Below the pieces are notes generated by a model. It ran no database searches. It was given only the letters and a program-made list of their open reading frames with translations, and was not told the DNA's origin. Source: Octopus sinensis (lineage: Eukaryota). From it: a stretch of 64,000 nucleotides of DNA. The stretch is from positions 103,044,001 to 103,108,000 of the forward strand of contig NC_043001.1 in assembly GCF_006345805.1 (NCBI RefSeq), read 5' to 3'. Positions 36,901 through 51,707 of the stretch are shown piece by piece (position 1 is the stretch's first letter; each line of letters starts with the position of its first letter). The position numbers and the translations under genes were made by a program.

Positions 36901-39900
36901 GATGATATATATATTTATAAATATTTCTTTTTTTAAAATTTATTTGTTTTGGTCATTAGACTGTGGCCATGCTGGAGCACTACTTTGTGAAAAATTTTAG
37001 TCGCATGAATCAACCGCAGTACTCATTTTTAAAAATCCTGCTGTTTATTCTGTCGAACTGCAAGGTTGTGGGAATGCAAATGCACCATGACTGGTTGTCA
37101 AGTGCTGGTGGGAGATAAACACAGACACAAAGACACACAAGTTGGGCTTCTTTCAGTTCCATCTATCGGATCCACTCACAAGGTTTTGGTCAGCCTGAGG
37201 CTATAGGAGAAGACACTTGTCCAAAGAGCCATGCAGTGGGACTGAACCCGGAATGGTGGTGGTGGAGGTGAGAGTAATGAAAAAAAACAAAGATTATGAA
37301 AGAATTAGCGGTGGTGGTGGTGGTGGTATTAGTAGAGGTGATGGTAGTGGTGGTAGATGGTGGGAGTGGTAATAACCATAATATACCGAAGCTGATGGTC
37401 TGTGGGAACCTTCCAGGATGCAGGCTTCACATTGACATTTAAAGAAATATTGATCCTTCAGAATCTGTTGACGTTCCGCAAAATCCATTCTGAAGCTGTG
37501 GGGCCCTGCAATGAGAAAGGAAATGATTGATTGGTGAATGCCTGAACTGTTCCAAAGTAATGACAAAACTGTGCCAAAGATGATGTCAGAAGTGTTTCAT
37601 AAGCTATGTTAGAGCTATTCCAAAGTCTTGTCTTAAATGTGTCAAATTCTTTTCTATTTGAGGCACAAGGCCCGAAATTTTCGGGGAGGGAGCCAGTCGA
37701 TTAGATTTACCCCAGTATGCAACTGGTACTTAATTTATCAACCCCAAAAGGATTAAAGGCCAAGTCAACCTTGGTGGACTTTGAACTCAGAACATAGCAG
37801 CAGACAAAATACCACTAAGCATTTGACCCAGCTTGCTAATGATTCTGCCAGCTAACCACTTTATTAATAATAGTAATAATCCTTTCCATTATAGGCACAA
37901 AGCCTGAAATTTTTGGGGAGGGGACCAGTCGATTAGATCGACCCCAGTGGTACTTAATTTATCGACCCCAAAGGGATGAAAGGCAAAGTTAACCTCGGTG
38001 GACTTTGAACTCAGAATGCAACGGCAGATGAAATACTGCTAAGCATTTCGCCCGGCGTTCTAATGATTCTGCCAGCTCGCTGCCATAAATGTATCAAATT
38101 CATACAAGAGCTGTGCTAAAAGATTTACCAGACTTGTACTTCCAAGTTATGTCAAACCCGAAACCCTAAAGTTACATTGAAGCTGCACCAAAATCATGTT
38201 AGAATGATTATGTTAGAGTTATGGCATAAGTATGTTAAAGCTAAGTTGAAGCATTGCCAAAGTTCAGAACTTTTCCATTGTTAGATCAAAAACTATGTCA
38301 AAGTCATTTTAGAACTGTCCCAAAGTTGTGTTGGAGTTATTCCAAAGGCGTAATCAAAGCCATTCCCCAGGCACAGCCTGAACTGCATCCAAGTCATGTA
38401 AAATTCCTGCCAAGTTGCATTAGCAATGTGTTCAGATTATATTAGAGCTGTTCCCGAGTCATACGGAAACTGAACAGAAACCCCATTGAAGATGTGCAAA
38501 AATGGTGTAGGAAAAGAATTGTCATTCTAACATGATTTTGGTGCAGCTTCAACATAACGATGATGATGATTTATTTATTTCTGAGCCATAAAAGTGAACC
38601 ACAGATATTGCAGTATAGTATGAGTATAACCTGGATATTGAAGCGTGATATTATGAAAGATTAAAATATTATTGTACCGTAGCAGCTGAAAACTTCTTTT
38701 CCTTCTGAGATGTCTTTCACTGAACGAACAACCAACGTATCTTTCTGAAAACTAAACACAAACGTTATGACAAGTTTTGGTTCAAAATTTTATTTTATAA
38801 TTTTTACCAATCTTTTCTGTTTGTTTTTAACCATTTAGCATTTAAACTGGCCATATCCGGCCCAAATAGTCTACTTGTTTTATGTTCAAACTGACCAGTT
38901 CTTACCTCTCACACCTGCCCTACAATGTCATTCTAAAAATAAACAATCACATCAATGAAATCTTGAAGTTATGAAATTCTGCATGATTAATTCAAAACAA
39001 CGTGAATAAACAAGCATTACATTTGTGAAGGCACATGGCTTAGTGGTTAGGGGCATTCGGCTCACGATTGTAAGGTTGTGAGTTCGATTCCTGGCGACGC
39101 GTTGAGTCCTTGAGCAAGACACTTTATTTCACGTTGCTCCAGTCTCCTCAGCTGGCAAAAATGAGTTGTACCTGTATTTCAAAGGGCCAGCCTTGTCACA
39201 CTCTGTGTCACCCTGAATCTCCCTGAGAACTACATTAGGGGTACGCATGTCTGTGGAGTGCTCAGCTACTTGCACGTTAATTTCCCAAGCAGGTTGTTCC
39301 ATTCATCATATCAGCTGGGACCCTCGTCGTCGTAACTGACGGAGTGCTCCTATACATTTAAGAGAGGAATCTGAATGCTAAATAGTTAAACAGAATGTAA
39401 AACTTAATAATTTCATAAAAATTTTTTAAATTTCAACTTTTAAACTTTTGCTTATAATTTCTTAAAAATGTGAAATATTCCAAATTTGAAATCAAAATGA
39501 AGAAACTGCAAAACCTCGAGGAAGCAAAAAGTATATATCAGTACCTTAACGATATGGAAGGTTGACAAGAATGGTTTAGAAGACTAACTGTCGGATACAC
39601 AGCCGTAGCAAGGCGAACTTGGCTGGTTGTTTGTATAGAAACTCCATCATTGACTGTGGTAGGTCTTGGATCAGAAAAGTCTAGTTTGGTTATGGCATGA
39701 GCATTGCATATGAGTTGTTGGATGTGATGTAATAGAACAGCCCCAACATAACGGTGTGGCTCAGACCACAATAAATGGCTTTCCTTGGCCTTGTTATCAT
39801 AATTGTCTAAAATCTGTTGAACTGTATACTTCTCCTGGAACCATCCAGATTGATTCAATATGTGAAGCAAGAGAACTGCAGTCTGAGAAAACAAAATTTG

Positions 39901-42900
39901 GATAAAAAATGTATTTTATCTTGGACGAAAAATTTATAAAACACATCAAACATCATTTTATTTGGCTTTTTAAAATTTTATCTTTTACTTGTTTTAGTCA
40001 TTAGACTGTGACCAAGCTGGAGCACTGCTTTGAGGAATTTTTAGTTGAATGAACTGACACCCGTACTTTTTTTAAGCCCTGTACTTATGGGGATATAAAC
40101 ACACCAACACTGGTCATTAAGCAGTGGAGGACAAACACACACACACACGATGGCTTCTCTACCAAATTCACTCACAAGGCTTTGGTCACCTGAAACTACA
40201 GTAGAAAACACTTCCTCAAGGTACCACAGTGGGACTGAACCCAGGACCATGTGGTTAGGCAGCAAGCTTCTTATCTCACAGCCATGCCTGCACCTTTATC
40301 TTTTTTGTGCATGTTTAAGATTAGTTTTGTTAGAAATGACTGGAATTCTTTAAAGCCAAATGACCTACCAATTACTAATAACTCAACCTTGAAATATCAA
40401 GTGGAATTTAAAACCCATTAATCAGGTCAATTGAAGAAAGCCGAATTCTAACCTCTACGCAGGACCATAACACAATGACTTTTGTAGATAGTCTGTTGTG
40501 TCTGGGGAGAGTCATTTTCTTTTTGTGCCTTATATTTTAACACACTCACCAGTAAAATTTCCACTTTTTTCTTATTTTTATTGTCCTAAAATTTTCGTTG
40601 CATCTTGCAACCTTTTCAATAGTTTTGACTCTGCACACACATACATACATATATACATATGCATACACACATATATATATACATACATACACATGCAAAC
40701 ACACACATACATACATACGTACATGCGTGCATGTATAGGCATACACACACACACTCACCCACACACATGCGCACAAACAAACAAAAGGGAACGCAGTGTA
40801 AATAACGGACAGAGTCAAGACTACTGGAAAGGTTGCAAGATGCAACAAAAATTTTAGGACAATAAAAAAAAAAAAGAAGTAGAAATTTTACCAGTGAGTA
40901 TGTTATATTATAAGGCACAAAAAGAAAATGACTCTCCCCAGACACAACAGAATATGCTTCAACACATGAACTCATATAAAGAATCTTGCAAACCAAATCC
41001 CAAAACGAAATATTTTGTAGATAGGTTTGGTCTTATGATTACATGTTTTCTATTCCAGCATCTTAACCTATTTCTTTACTACCCACAAGGGGCTAAACAC
41101 AGAGGGGACAAACAAGGACAGACAAACAGATTAAGTTGATTACATCGACCCCAGTGCGTAACTGGTACTTATTTAATCGACCCCCGAAAGGATGAAAGGC
41201 AAAGTCGACCTTGGCGGAATTTGAACTCAGAATGTAATGGCAGACGAAATACCACTAAGCATTTAGCCCAGTGTGCTAACGATTCTGCCAGCTCACCGCC
41301 CTTCTTGAAATACCAATAATTGTAAAACTCACCATAGAATATTGCAGCTGATCTTCAGCAGGTATGTCGGTGGAGTGAGTCATGAGTTTGTAGACAGATA
41401 AGTAATTAGTCTCATAGCAACCAGCATCAGTAAGACCATCAATTCCCGAAGGAGGTGTGTCTTTGGTGTGATTTTCTTTGAAATCTTTTAACAAATACAT
41501 ATAGAGAAACTACAGTAAGATATATATATATATAATTATATATGAACACATGGAGAGAGAGAAAGAGTTTTAAAGATTATCAATTTTATGTCTTACCAAG
41601 GAGATACTGTAAGCCAGTCACCAAGATGATTCTCAGACTTAAGTGAGCAATACCAACCTGTAAAATTATTAAAAAAAGTAACCTGTGATGTTTTAGTAGA
41701 CAACTGTTGCACAGGTAAAGTGAAGAGAAGCATTTAACAATGCAGAATATGAAGGAAAATACACGTTCATTCAACATTTTATCTTCCCTAAGCCTAGGCT
41801 TTGAATTGAGGATTAACAATAAGATGCAAATGGTAAGCAATTGAAATACGAAATGCAGAAAAGCTCTGCACATTAAGGTTACAATGATATTTTGATCTTA
41901 CAATAAGTCTCTGACATGTAAGAATCTGATGATGGCTGTTAATGAGTTGGTTCAAACACCCAAGGACGAGAATTTCTCTACAAAATTTGCTGCATTTATT
42001 GTATTTTGCATTTTTCTATTTTCTCTGCTAAGAGCACCATCCAAGCGTGATCGTTGCCAGAGCGGCTAACTGGTTTCTGTGCCGGTGGCACATAAAAGGC
42101 ATCATTTGAGCATGATCCTGGCTTGCCAATCCTCAGTCAAACCGTCCAATCCATGCCAGTATGGAAAGCGGACATTAAGCGATGATGATGATGAAGAGGA
42201 GAAAAATATTAGAGGAAAAAATATACATAACTTACAGAATGCAACAATTTCAGAAAATAACATTCCACATAATGACAGGACGACCAATCTTGTTGACGGC
42301 AGATGCGGCTACAGTAAAGGACGTGACAGCATCTTTGACAGCTGGAAAGAGCATAAAAGAAGAAAGATGAATGGAATTATAATGTAAAGAATAATAATTC
42401 AAATTTTCCAGACTCATCAATATAGACAATGTGTGAAAAGCACCATTCGAGCGTGATCGTTGCCAGTGTCGCCTTGCTGGCACATGTGCTGGTGGCACGT
42501 GAAAAACAATATTCAAGCGTGGTCGTTGCTAGTGCTACTGGACTGGCTCCCATGAAGATAGCACGTAAAAAACACCATTTGAGCATGGTTGTTGCCAGAA
42601 CCATCTGACTGGCCCTTGTGCCGATGGCACATAAAAAGCACCTACTACACTCTCAGAGTGATGGGCATTAGGAAGGACATCCAGCTGTAGAAACTTTGCC
42701 AGGTCAGATTGAGTCTGGTGCAGCCTCTGGCATGCCAGTCATCAGTCAAACTGTCCAACCCATGCCAGCATGGAAAGCAGATGTTAAACAATGATAATGA
42801 TGGTGATGATGATGTGAAAATATAATAAAACAGACTACTTACAAGATGGGCATAGGTTCAATACTTACATTGACTTCAAAACACGGACTACTGATTGATG

Positions 42901-45900
42901 TTAGTGTAGCAGTGGTTTGAAACTGAATCTCTGGATATGCAGTCAGACACCATGAGCAAAGTGCAATAGTTTCATGTGATTGGTCTACGAAGCAGTCAAT
43001 TAGCCTCAAGCCATCACATAATCCACTCTTCTAGAACTTTCTGCTTGTGTCCTATAGAAAGCCACTTGTAACATCAAAACTTTTGGCAGAGCATTGAGTC
43101 CAGCCGACTTGTTCACATGTCTGACTTTTTACCAGGCAGAAAGTTGGGGCAGCTGCATGTCGAGTCTCCATCCTTGCCATCTCCATCCAGTTAAGACAGG
43201 AATTTTCATCTCCACAAATATTGTGCAATTATTTTCGAGTTATGATGGGCCAACCACAGATTGCTAAATCAGTAAGTTTGTCATAACCTCCGAGCAGTAT
43301 GTCTTCCCCTACTATTTAATTATTACTGTTAGTATTTGTAAAAGACCAACACAATTGAAACACTGAGTGCCATAAAATCTTCTGTTAAATGTTTCCAGGT
43401 TGTTGTTCAGTTATTTCTTCACACAACCTGAGAAATACATTTTCCTTCAGCAACTCAACCAGTCATCACCTCAGACCAGCCAACAACAACACAGCATTAG
43501 TTTAAATAACTGAAGAATGGTACCATCTGCTCTATGGAACAGGAACTCCTCCTCCTCGTCGTTGTCATCATTGTTTAACGTCCACTTTCCATGCTGGCAT
43601 AGGTTGGACGGTTTGTCTGGGGTCTGGCAAGCCAGGAGGCCACACCAGACTCCAGTCTGATCCGGCAATGTTTCTACAGCTGGATGCCCTTCCTAATGCC
43701 AACTACTCCGAGAATGTAGTGGGTGCTTTTTACATGCCAGTGACATGGGAACCAGTCAGGTGGTACTGGCATCTGCCACGTTTGAATGGTGCTTTTATGT
43801 GCCTCTGGCACAGGAGCCAGGACTGGCATTGGCCACATTTGGATGATGCTTTTTATGTGCTACCACAACAAGAGTCAGTCGGGGTGGGACGGGTGGCTGA
43901 TTTTACAAATTCTAATAATTTATTTTTTTGCACTGAGGCAGATACACCCAAGTTTGCATTGAACGTTTCTATTCCTTGCTTCAGGGAAGGTCAGCAGGAA
44001 GGGCATTCAGTGTAAACTACTTTGACAGATGGTTTGTAGTGTCCCTTTGCTAAGACACCAGAAGTGCATTCGACACAGGCAAACACTGAGGAATGGATTA
44101 TTTATATCCTTCTGATGTTCTGCCTTGATGATGATGATGATGATGATGACGATGATGATGCAGCAGCAGTGGTGGTAATGTTATTGGTGATGATGATGAT
44201 GACAAGTGATAAAAGAAGAAAGATGTTATGAAGACTGATAATAAAGAAAGAACGGAGGAAGCAAAGTAGAGAAAAAATACTGAAGATGGTGTAAAGAATG
44301 ATACTTACGGTACAGGAGAAACTAATTCATCTAAACAGTAATTACAATGAGATAAGTAGTAGTCTGGTAGGAGGATAGCAGCATACGGCTTCTCAACGAT
44401 AAGGACATCTCCTGCTTTGAGAGGGTGTTTCGCCTGGAAATATTGAGAAATGTGTTTGATTTTTTGCTGGTAACATGTACTTTAAATTATGAAAATTTCA
44501 AACAGATACCATTAAATTATCTGCTGGAACAGAATTCCTGAAACAAATGACAAAGTTATTACTGGACTTACTCGAAGATGTCGGCCTAAACTGCTATTGT
44601 CTTGGAGTTCAACAGCACTCGATGCACAAGTAACGACAGAATTGGTGACATAACTAACTTTGGTACAGGGTTCGCAGACATTGTCAGTGTCAAGCAGATG
44701 AGTTGAGGTAATATCATTTGTTAATTCCAGATCGCTATAAAATAAAGAAAATTAATTCTGTTGATTAATACCCTAATTAATGATGGGGAAGTTTTCTTAG
44801 ATGTGGTGTGTTGGTGTTATTGTTTAGCTTCAAATCAACCCTGACTGAACCAAATTAGGATTAACCCTTTTGCATTCAGATTATTCTGTCAAACGGTAAT
44901 GCTTCTTCATCCACACTGGTTCCAAGGGATCGTGGATTTACCTCACAGCTTCAAGATTTTGATGTGGTTCTTTTACTTGTCGCAGGCATTTGACTGCGGC
45001 CATGCTGGAGCACCACTTTTAGTCAAACAAATCGACCCCAGGGCTTATTTTTTGTAAGCCTAGTACTTATTCTATCGGTCTCTTTTGCCGAACCAATAAG
45101 TTACAGGGACATAAACACACCAACATCGGTTGTCAAGTGATGTTGGGGGAACAACAACAGACACATACAAATATACATATATACAACGGGCTTCTTTCAA
45201 TTTCCATCTACCAAATCCACTCACAAGGCTTTGGTCGGCCTGAGGCTATAGCAGAAGACACTTGCCCAAGGTGCCACACAGTGGGACTGAACCTGAAACT
45301 ATGTAGTCAGGAAGCAAGTTTCTTATCACACAGCCAGTCCTGCACCCATACATAAAGACAAACGAAATACCTATTTCTTTACTACCCACAAGGGGCTAAA
45401 CACAGAGAGGACAAACAAGGACAGACAAACGGATTAAGTTGATTATATCGACCCCAGTGCGTAACCGGTACTTATTTAATCGACCCTTAAAGGATGAAAG
45501 TCAAAGTCGACCTCGGCGGAATTTGAACTCAGAACGTAGCAGCAGACGAAATACCGCTAAGCATTTCGCCCGGCGTGCTAATGTTTCTGCCAGCTCACCA
45601 CCTTAGAATGACATTGTAGGGTAGGTGTGAGGGATCAGATCTAGACTTTGGGCTGGGTACAGATAGTTTGAATGCTTAAAGGTATTCCATCAGTGACTCT
45701 TCCATCTCTTTTCCAGACACCGTGTATCTTGGACAACAGTATTCGATGTAGGATTCCTTTTCTAAATGACCAGGATGTTATTCAAAGAATATTTCTTTGA
45801 TATTAAGAGTGCCAAGTATCTTCTCTATACTCAGACACCTATCTCTATTCCTCTGTTGTACCTCTCAACCGACGCAAAGCCACTTCCTCAGTACCACTCC

Positions 45901-48900
45901 CTCTCTCAGCCAAGGGGTCTTTGTCTAGCAAGTTACTTGGCAACCCTGCTGGTGCTGGTGCCATATAAAAAGCACTCAGTCCACCCTGTAGAGTGGTTGA
46001 CAGTAGGAAAGGGCACCCAGCTGTAGAAACCATGCCAAAACAGATCATGGAACCTGGTGCAGATCCTGGCCTTGCCAGTCCCTGACAAACTATCCAACAC
46101 ATGCCAGCATGGAAAACAAACACTAAATGATGATGATGATGGTTGGTGTTGATGGTTTTGACAGAGTGGTTGGCATTAGGAAGGGCATCCAGCTGTAGAA
46201 ACACTGCCAGATCAGACTGGAGCCTGGTGCAGCCTTCTGGCTTCCCAGACCCCAGTCGAACCGTCCAACCCATGCTAGCATGGAAAGCAGATGTTAAGAG
46301 ATGATGATGATGACGACGACGGCGACTAGTGCCAAGTGGTTCCGAGTTTTAGACATTGGTTTTCATTCCTTGCCAGAATAGTTTTGGACCCAATCAATAC
46401 TTCATTCCATGTTAATAACTTTAAAGACAAAATTGTGCATTCTTCACCATAGACACAGGCATTCTATCAAATTCGTTAAAACTTATACAACTTCACTTAT
46501 GATTCGTAAACATTCCAGAAATTTGTAAATTCTCCAACTTACAATTTTGTTTCTACTTTCTTCAGCCATTTTTCAAAATCAGACAATAAACTTTCTGTTA
46601 AGAAAAAAAAAAAGTAAATACACTGAAGACAAGAAAGACAAATGAAAGAATGGAGAAAATTGAATAACAAAAGAGAAAAAGAAGGAAAGTTAGAGAAAAA
46701 ATAAAGAACTAAAGAAAGAAAAGATGAAAATTATATAAACGTGTGTGTGTGTGTGTAAGCATAGTACTACATACAACTATCTCTTGAAGTAAGAAAGAAC
46801 TCAATACATTTGTAGAGTATGAATATTTTGGTGGGTATCATAAAGTTGAATGCCTCACAGTACCTTGTGGTTATATTTCCGTCCTGTATAAAACTACAAG
46901 TCATTATTGTGAAGCACTGAACGTCTCAGTGCTCACAATAAGATATACATTTATTTTTATTTATCATCTTTCCTTTTCCTTTAATTAGCCTCATGTCTTT
47001 CTTTTGATTAGCTCTACATCATGATATCAAGCACTACTATCACATTAAAATTCATGTATTCATAAGATTTGGCAACACCAAATATTTACTTGCTTCATAA
47101 TTCATCAATATTTATTCTCTAAGAGATGTAATGAGTATGTATAAATGAGTATGTATTCTGTAAACAGAAATAAATGTACATTAAAAAATATCTAACCCTT
47201 TTTCTTTGGATCATCATAAGTTTTCTGTTGTAAGTTCTTCATTCCATCTTGCAATTCTTTAAATAAATGTTGGTAAGATAAAGATAAAAAAAAAATGAAG
47301 AAAAATTTTATACTGATTTGCATCCACTTTTCTGAGTTAGTATATAAAGAGATAACGGTAATCGGATGAGAAATTACAGGAATCTGGAATTTTAAGGCAG
47401 TTTTTTTTAAGAGAAAAGTTAGCTTAGGAGGAGCAGTAACCAAGGACATCTCAAAATTGTAGAACTGAAGAAGTTGATGTCTAGTTGAAACATCTGTCTA
47501 CAAGAAAAATAGGAATGAAGAAGGGCCTGGGATTTTGGTTTGAATGCTTCCCATACACAATGAACTCCAGTAGATGTACCCAAAAACAAGATGGTAGTCT
47601 CAACTAGACACTGGATTAGGTCTGAGGCAAGCAAACTCATATACTTTTCTTAGGAGCACAATACTATGGTTTCAATAGTAAGTGTTGCACTCATAACTGC
47701 ATGTTGGACTCTTAAGTTCATTAATTTTGCAGTCACTATGGTCTCATAACTGATTTCTTACACAGACAAAAGAATAATTTTCATAGGAGCAAGTGTATAG
47801 TCAATTGAATCAGTCATAGTACATTGCTGGTATTTATTTTATTGAAGAAAATGGCAAAGTAAATTCTGCAGACAAATTCACCATCTTTGCAATTACCTGC
47901 TTCCAGGATCTATTCCACTGCATGACACCATGTTAAGAACCTCCTAGGGTACAGGCATAGATGGCTATGTGGTTCAGAAGTTTACTTTACAATCATGTAG
48001 TTCTGGGTTTGATTCTTCTCCGTCACACTTTGGCCAAACATCTACCAACGTCTTGGGGAGAGGGACAGGCAAGTTAAGCCAACCTTTGTGAGATAAACTG
48101 GGAAGATGCAAACTAATGATGCAGTTTTTTGGATGGATGGATGGTTTTAACATCACTTGGCCTTCAGATGACTTTAGTGAATTTTCTCTTTTGTTCCAGT
48201 CAATCCAACTGAGTCTCCAGTGGGATCATAATCTAATATCTTGATGTGCTGCTTCCTTCTGCACCAACCTATGAAACATTGCTTCTTCCTAATCTCAGGA
48301 AACTGGAAAGGTTGTGGGCCACAAAGCCCATCTTCCTGTGATTAAATTAGAAAAAAATCCATTTTTCATTGGTATCGATAAATCAAGTACCAGTTGAGTA
48401 CTGGGGTTGATGTTTTCGACTGTACCCCTCCCCACAAAATCCAGGTCTTGTCCCTATAGTCAAAAGGATTAGTTTAATACACTGAAGTAGGGATCAAACA
48501 GCAGGCAATTGTCCTTAAAAATGCTTTGGTAGTTATCATAAATAATATTCCTAGATAATCTGGTAGCCTTTTTCAACACTTAGAGAAGTAGAATTAAGTG
48601 TACTATCCAACAAAATGTGTGCAGTGAGTTGGAATCCAGTAACATTGAACTAATGAGTTGATTCCAGCAGATGTCATGAAGACTGGTGCCTTAATTCTTA
48701 CTTGGTCATATAATCATGATTACAGCATCAATATAAGACACTAACTTCAGGATACAAAGAGTGAAAGAGAGAGAGAAAAGAAAGCAAGAGAGATGTATCA
48801 TGAAAATTGTTCACAATTATTTCAAAACAATTATTTGAAAAGCAGTTATGTGAAATAAATATCATTTGGGTACCTGATTTTTAATTTTATCATTTTTGTT

Positions 48901-51676
48901 AAATGAAATAAAAAGTTTAGAATAATTAACATTTCGTATAATTGTCCTTTTGAATAATTTTCATTCATATAATTTTCCATTTGAATAAATGTTTTCCGAA
49001 TAATTGCTTTCGAACAACGTTCGCATAATCGAACAATGCCTGTGGTGTGCTGATTGGTTTAAAGTTCCCTGAATAAATCTCCAAAGACTGGATGAAGGAA
49101 CAAAGAAAAAATACATAATTACCAGTTTTTGCTTCTTTGTAGCGTTGAAGATAGAAAAGACATTGTGCTTTCCGAAGACTGAGTCTCGATGGAAGATGAG
49201 CAGGAACACAAGAACATTGTTTGACTTCTTCTATGTCAGCTATGCATGCCTGGTTGGTGGGAAGAGATGGAAAAGATCTGATATTTATACAGAAGATATT
49301 CTTTTGAAGTGGAACAGAAAGTAAATATATTTGGTTGTTCTGAAAATAATGGCCACTCTAAGTGCTGTGTTTTGAAATGTGATTTTATCTATGGCTGGAT
49401 ATCCTTCCTAACGCCAACCACTCTCAGAGCAAAGTGGGTGCTTTTCACATGCTACCAGCACAGGTGCCATTGACCTGACACCAGCATTGGCCATGACTAC
49501 GGTCTCGCTCAGCTCGACTATAAAACATTTATTATTTATAAAATATATACAGACATGTATTGCTTAACACATTCTTTCATATTTTCACTTTGTTGGCTCC
49601 AGCTTCTATCCAAGTATTGGTTTTATCAGTTTCCATCCAGTCTCCTTGGCTGACGTTTGTGCCGAAAGTGACTTTAGAGTCCAAGTCTTTACATTCTGAG
49701 TTCAAATTCTACCGAGGTCGACTTTGTCTTAAATTCTTTCGGGGGTTGATAAATTAAATACCAGTTAAGTATTGGGGTTGATCTAATCGACTGGCCCCCT
49801 CCCCCAAAGTTTCAGACCTTATGCCTAGAGTAGAAAAGAATATACTGGTTTTATTCAATTGGTTTACTTATAATCTATAACTTAAAATGTTTTTGGTAAC
49901 AACAAGAAACCTTTTTCCTCTTGGGAGGTCAGTTTGGGGACAAAAGGAATAAAGCACTGAACTAGATTCCTCTCAAGAATTAGTTTTGTCTCTCCTTTAG
50001 ATTGAATATAAATCTCAATGAGTTTGATTTTGCCTCTCATTCTTCCAGGGTTGACAAACTAAATCCCAGTAATATACTGGGCGCAATTCAATTGCCTCTA
50101 CCCAACACCTCCCACAAATGCATCATTATGCTAATATAGTCATTATTGGTGTCGTCCATTAAACAAAACTCCCACAGTAACAATGGCATCAGCGAATGTA
50201 GAGATTACACATTCTATGAGAGAACAAGCGCAAGATATGAAGCAGTTGTAACTGAGGATTGAACCAAGCTGATGCTTCCATTCAAAGTAGCTTTGCCATT
50301 ACATCAACATTTTGCTACCCAGTAAGTAAAGAAGCAACAGGATGGGTTGGCAGAATCGTTAGCACATCGGGAAAATTGCTTAGCAGTATCTTGCTTGTCT
50401 GGACGTTCTGAGTTCAAATTCTGACATGGTCAACTTGGATTTTCATCCTTTCAGGGTCAACAAAATAAGGACCAGTGGAGCACTGGGGATGATGTAATCG
50501 AACTAAACCCCTTCCCCAAAATTGCTGGCCTTGTGCCAAAGTTTGAAACCATAGATGTTTGTTTAATACTCACTTGATATTTGCCGAGATGAAAGAGAGC
50601 AGCAGATCGATTAGAATAAGAAAGAGCAAGGTCATCGGAAGTTAACGGTGCCAAAGTTAGGCTCTGAAAAGAGAAAGAAAGGGAAAATAGACTTGAGTAA
50701 CTGAAAGCAATAGTAGAAAGGAATTCTTATGCTTTGTTATAATGGTCACAAGTGACATAACCTGTAAAGCAATGGTCAAGATGCTTTGTGATATCTACAG
50801 TGACCAGAGTTAAAACAATAGCATCTTCTCTCAGTTTGTCTATTTCCTCATATTTATATATATATATATATCATCATCATCATCATCGTTTAACGTCCGT
50901 TTTCCGTGCTAACTGATGCTGGTGTGTTTACCTCCCTGTAGCTTAGCGGTTCGGCAAAAGAGACCAATAGAATAAGTAGTAGGCTTACAAAGAATAAGTC
51001 CTGGGGTCGATTTGCTCGATTAAAGGCAGTGCTCAAGCATGGCTGCAGTCAAATGACTGAAACAATTAAAAGAATAAAGGAATGTACTTTATTTCCCGGC
51101 TAAATCAATCTCACCAGGCTGGAGAGGCCCACAAAACATCATCAGAACTGCTCTCTTCTCTCTTGATTACTTTACAAAACAAAACAATTCACAACATTTT
51201 TCACTGGTAGTGTACTCTACCAGTGAAGCCATCTTGCATTCATTGACCAGAATTAAAACAAAAGAACACAATTAACCTTAGTGTAATGCTCCAGAGCCAC
51301 TGCAAAGTTCTTCGCTTGAAATGCCTTGTTGCCATTTTGTCGTGCTGCGACTGATTTTTTGTCAGATTTCAGGTGTAATTTATCAGCATTCTCCAAATAG
51401 GCAGAGATCCAAGGAATATTTCTAAAAATGAAAAAAATAATCATATACATATATATATAGTACAAAGTAAGATAGGGGTTATGGGTGTAACCCACTATGG
51501 GATATCGTTTATCCAATACACTGTTGGTAAAGTACCCAAATTCTTAATTGATTTATACAATATTTTGTATGCTTTTGATGTTCTCATTTGTAAAATGAAT
51601 AAATAATCCAACATTATGATATCTGAAAGTTAATGAACAAACCAAATTTGTTTCTCCATTTTCTCATTTGTATTAT

Positions 51677-51707
<31 letters not shown>

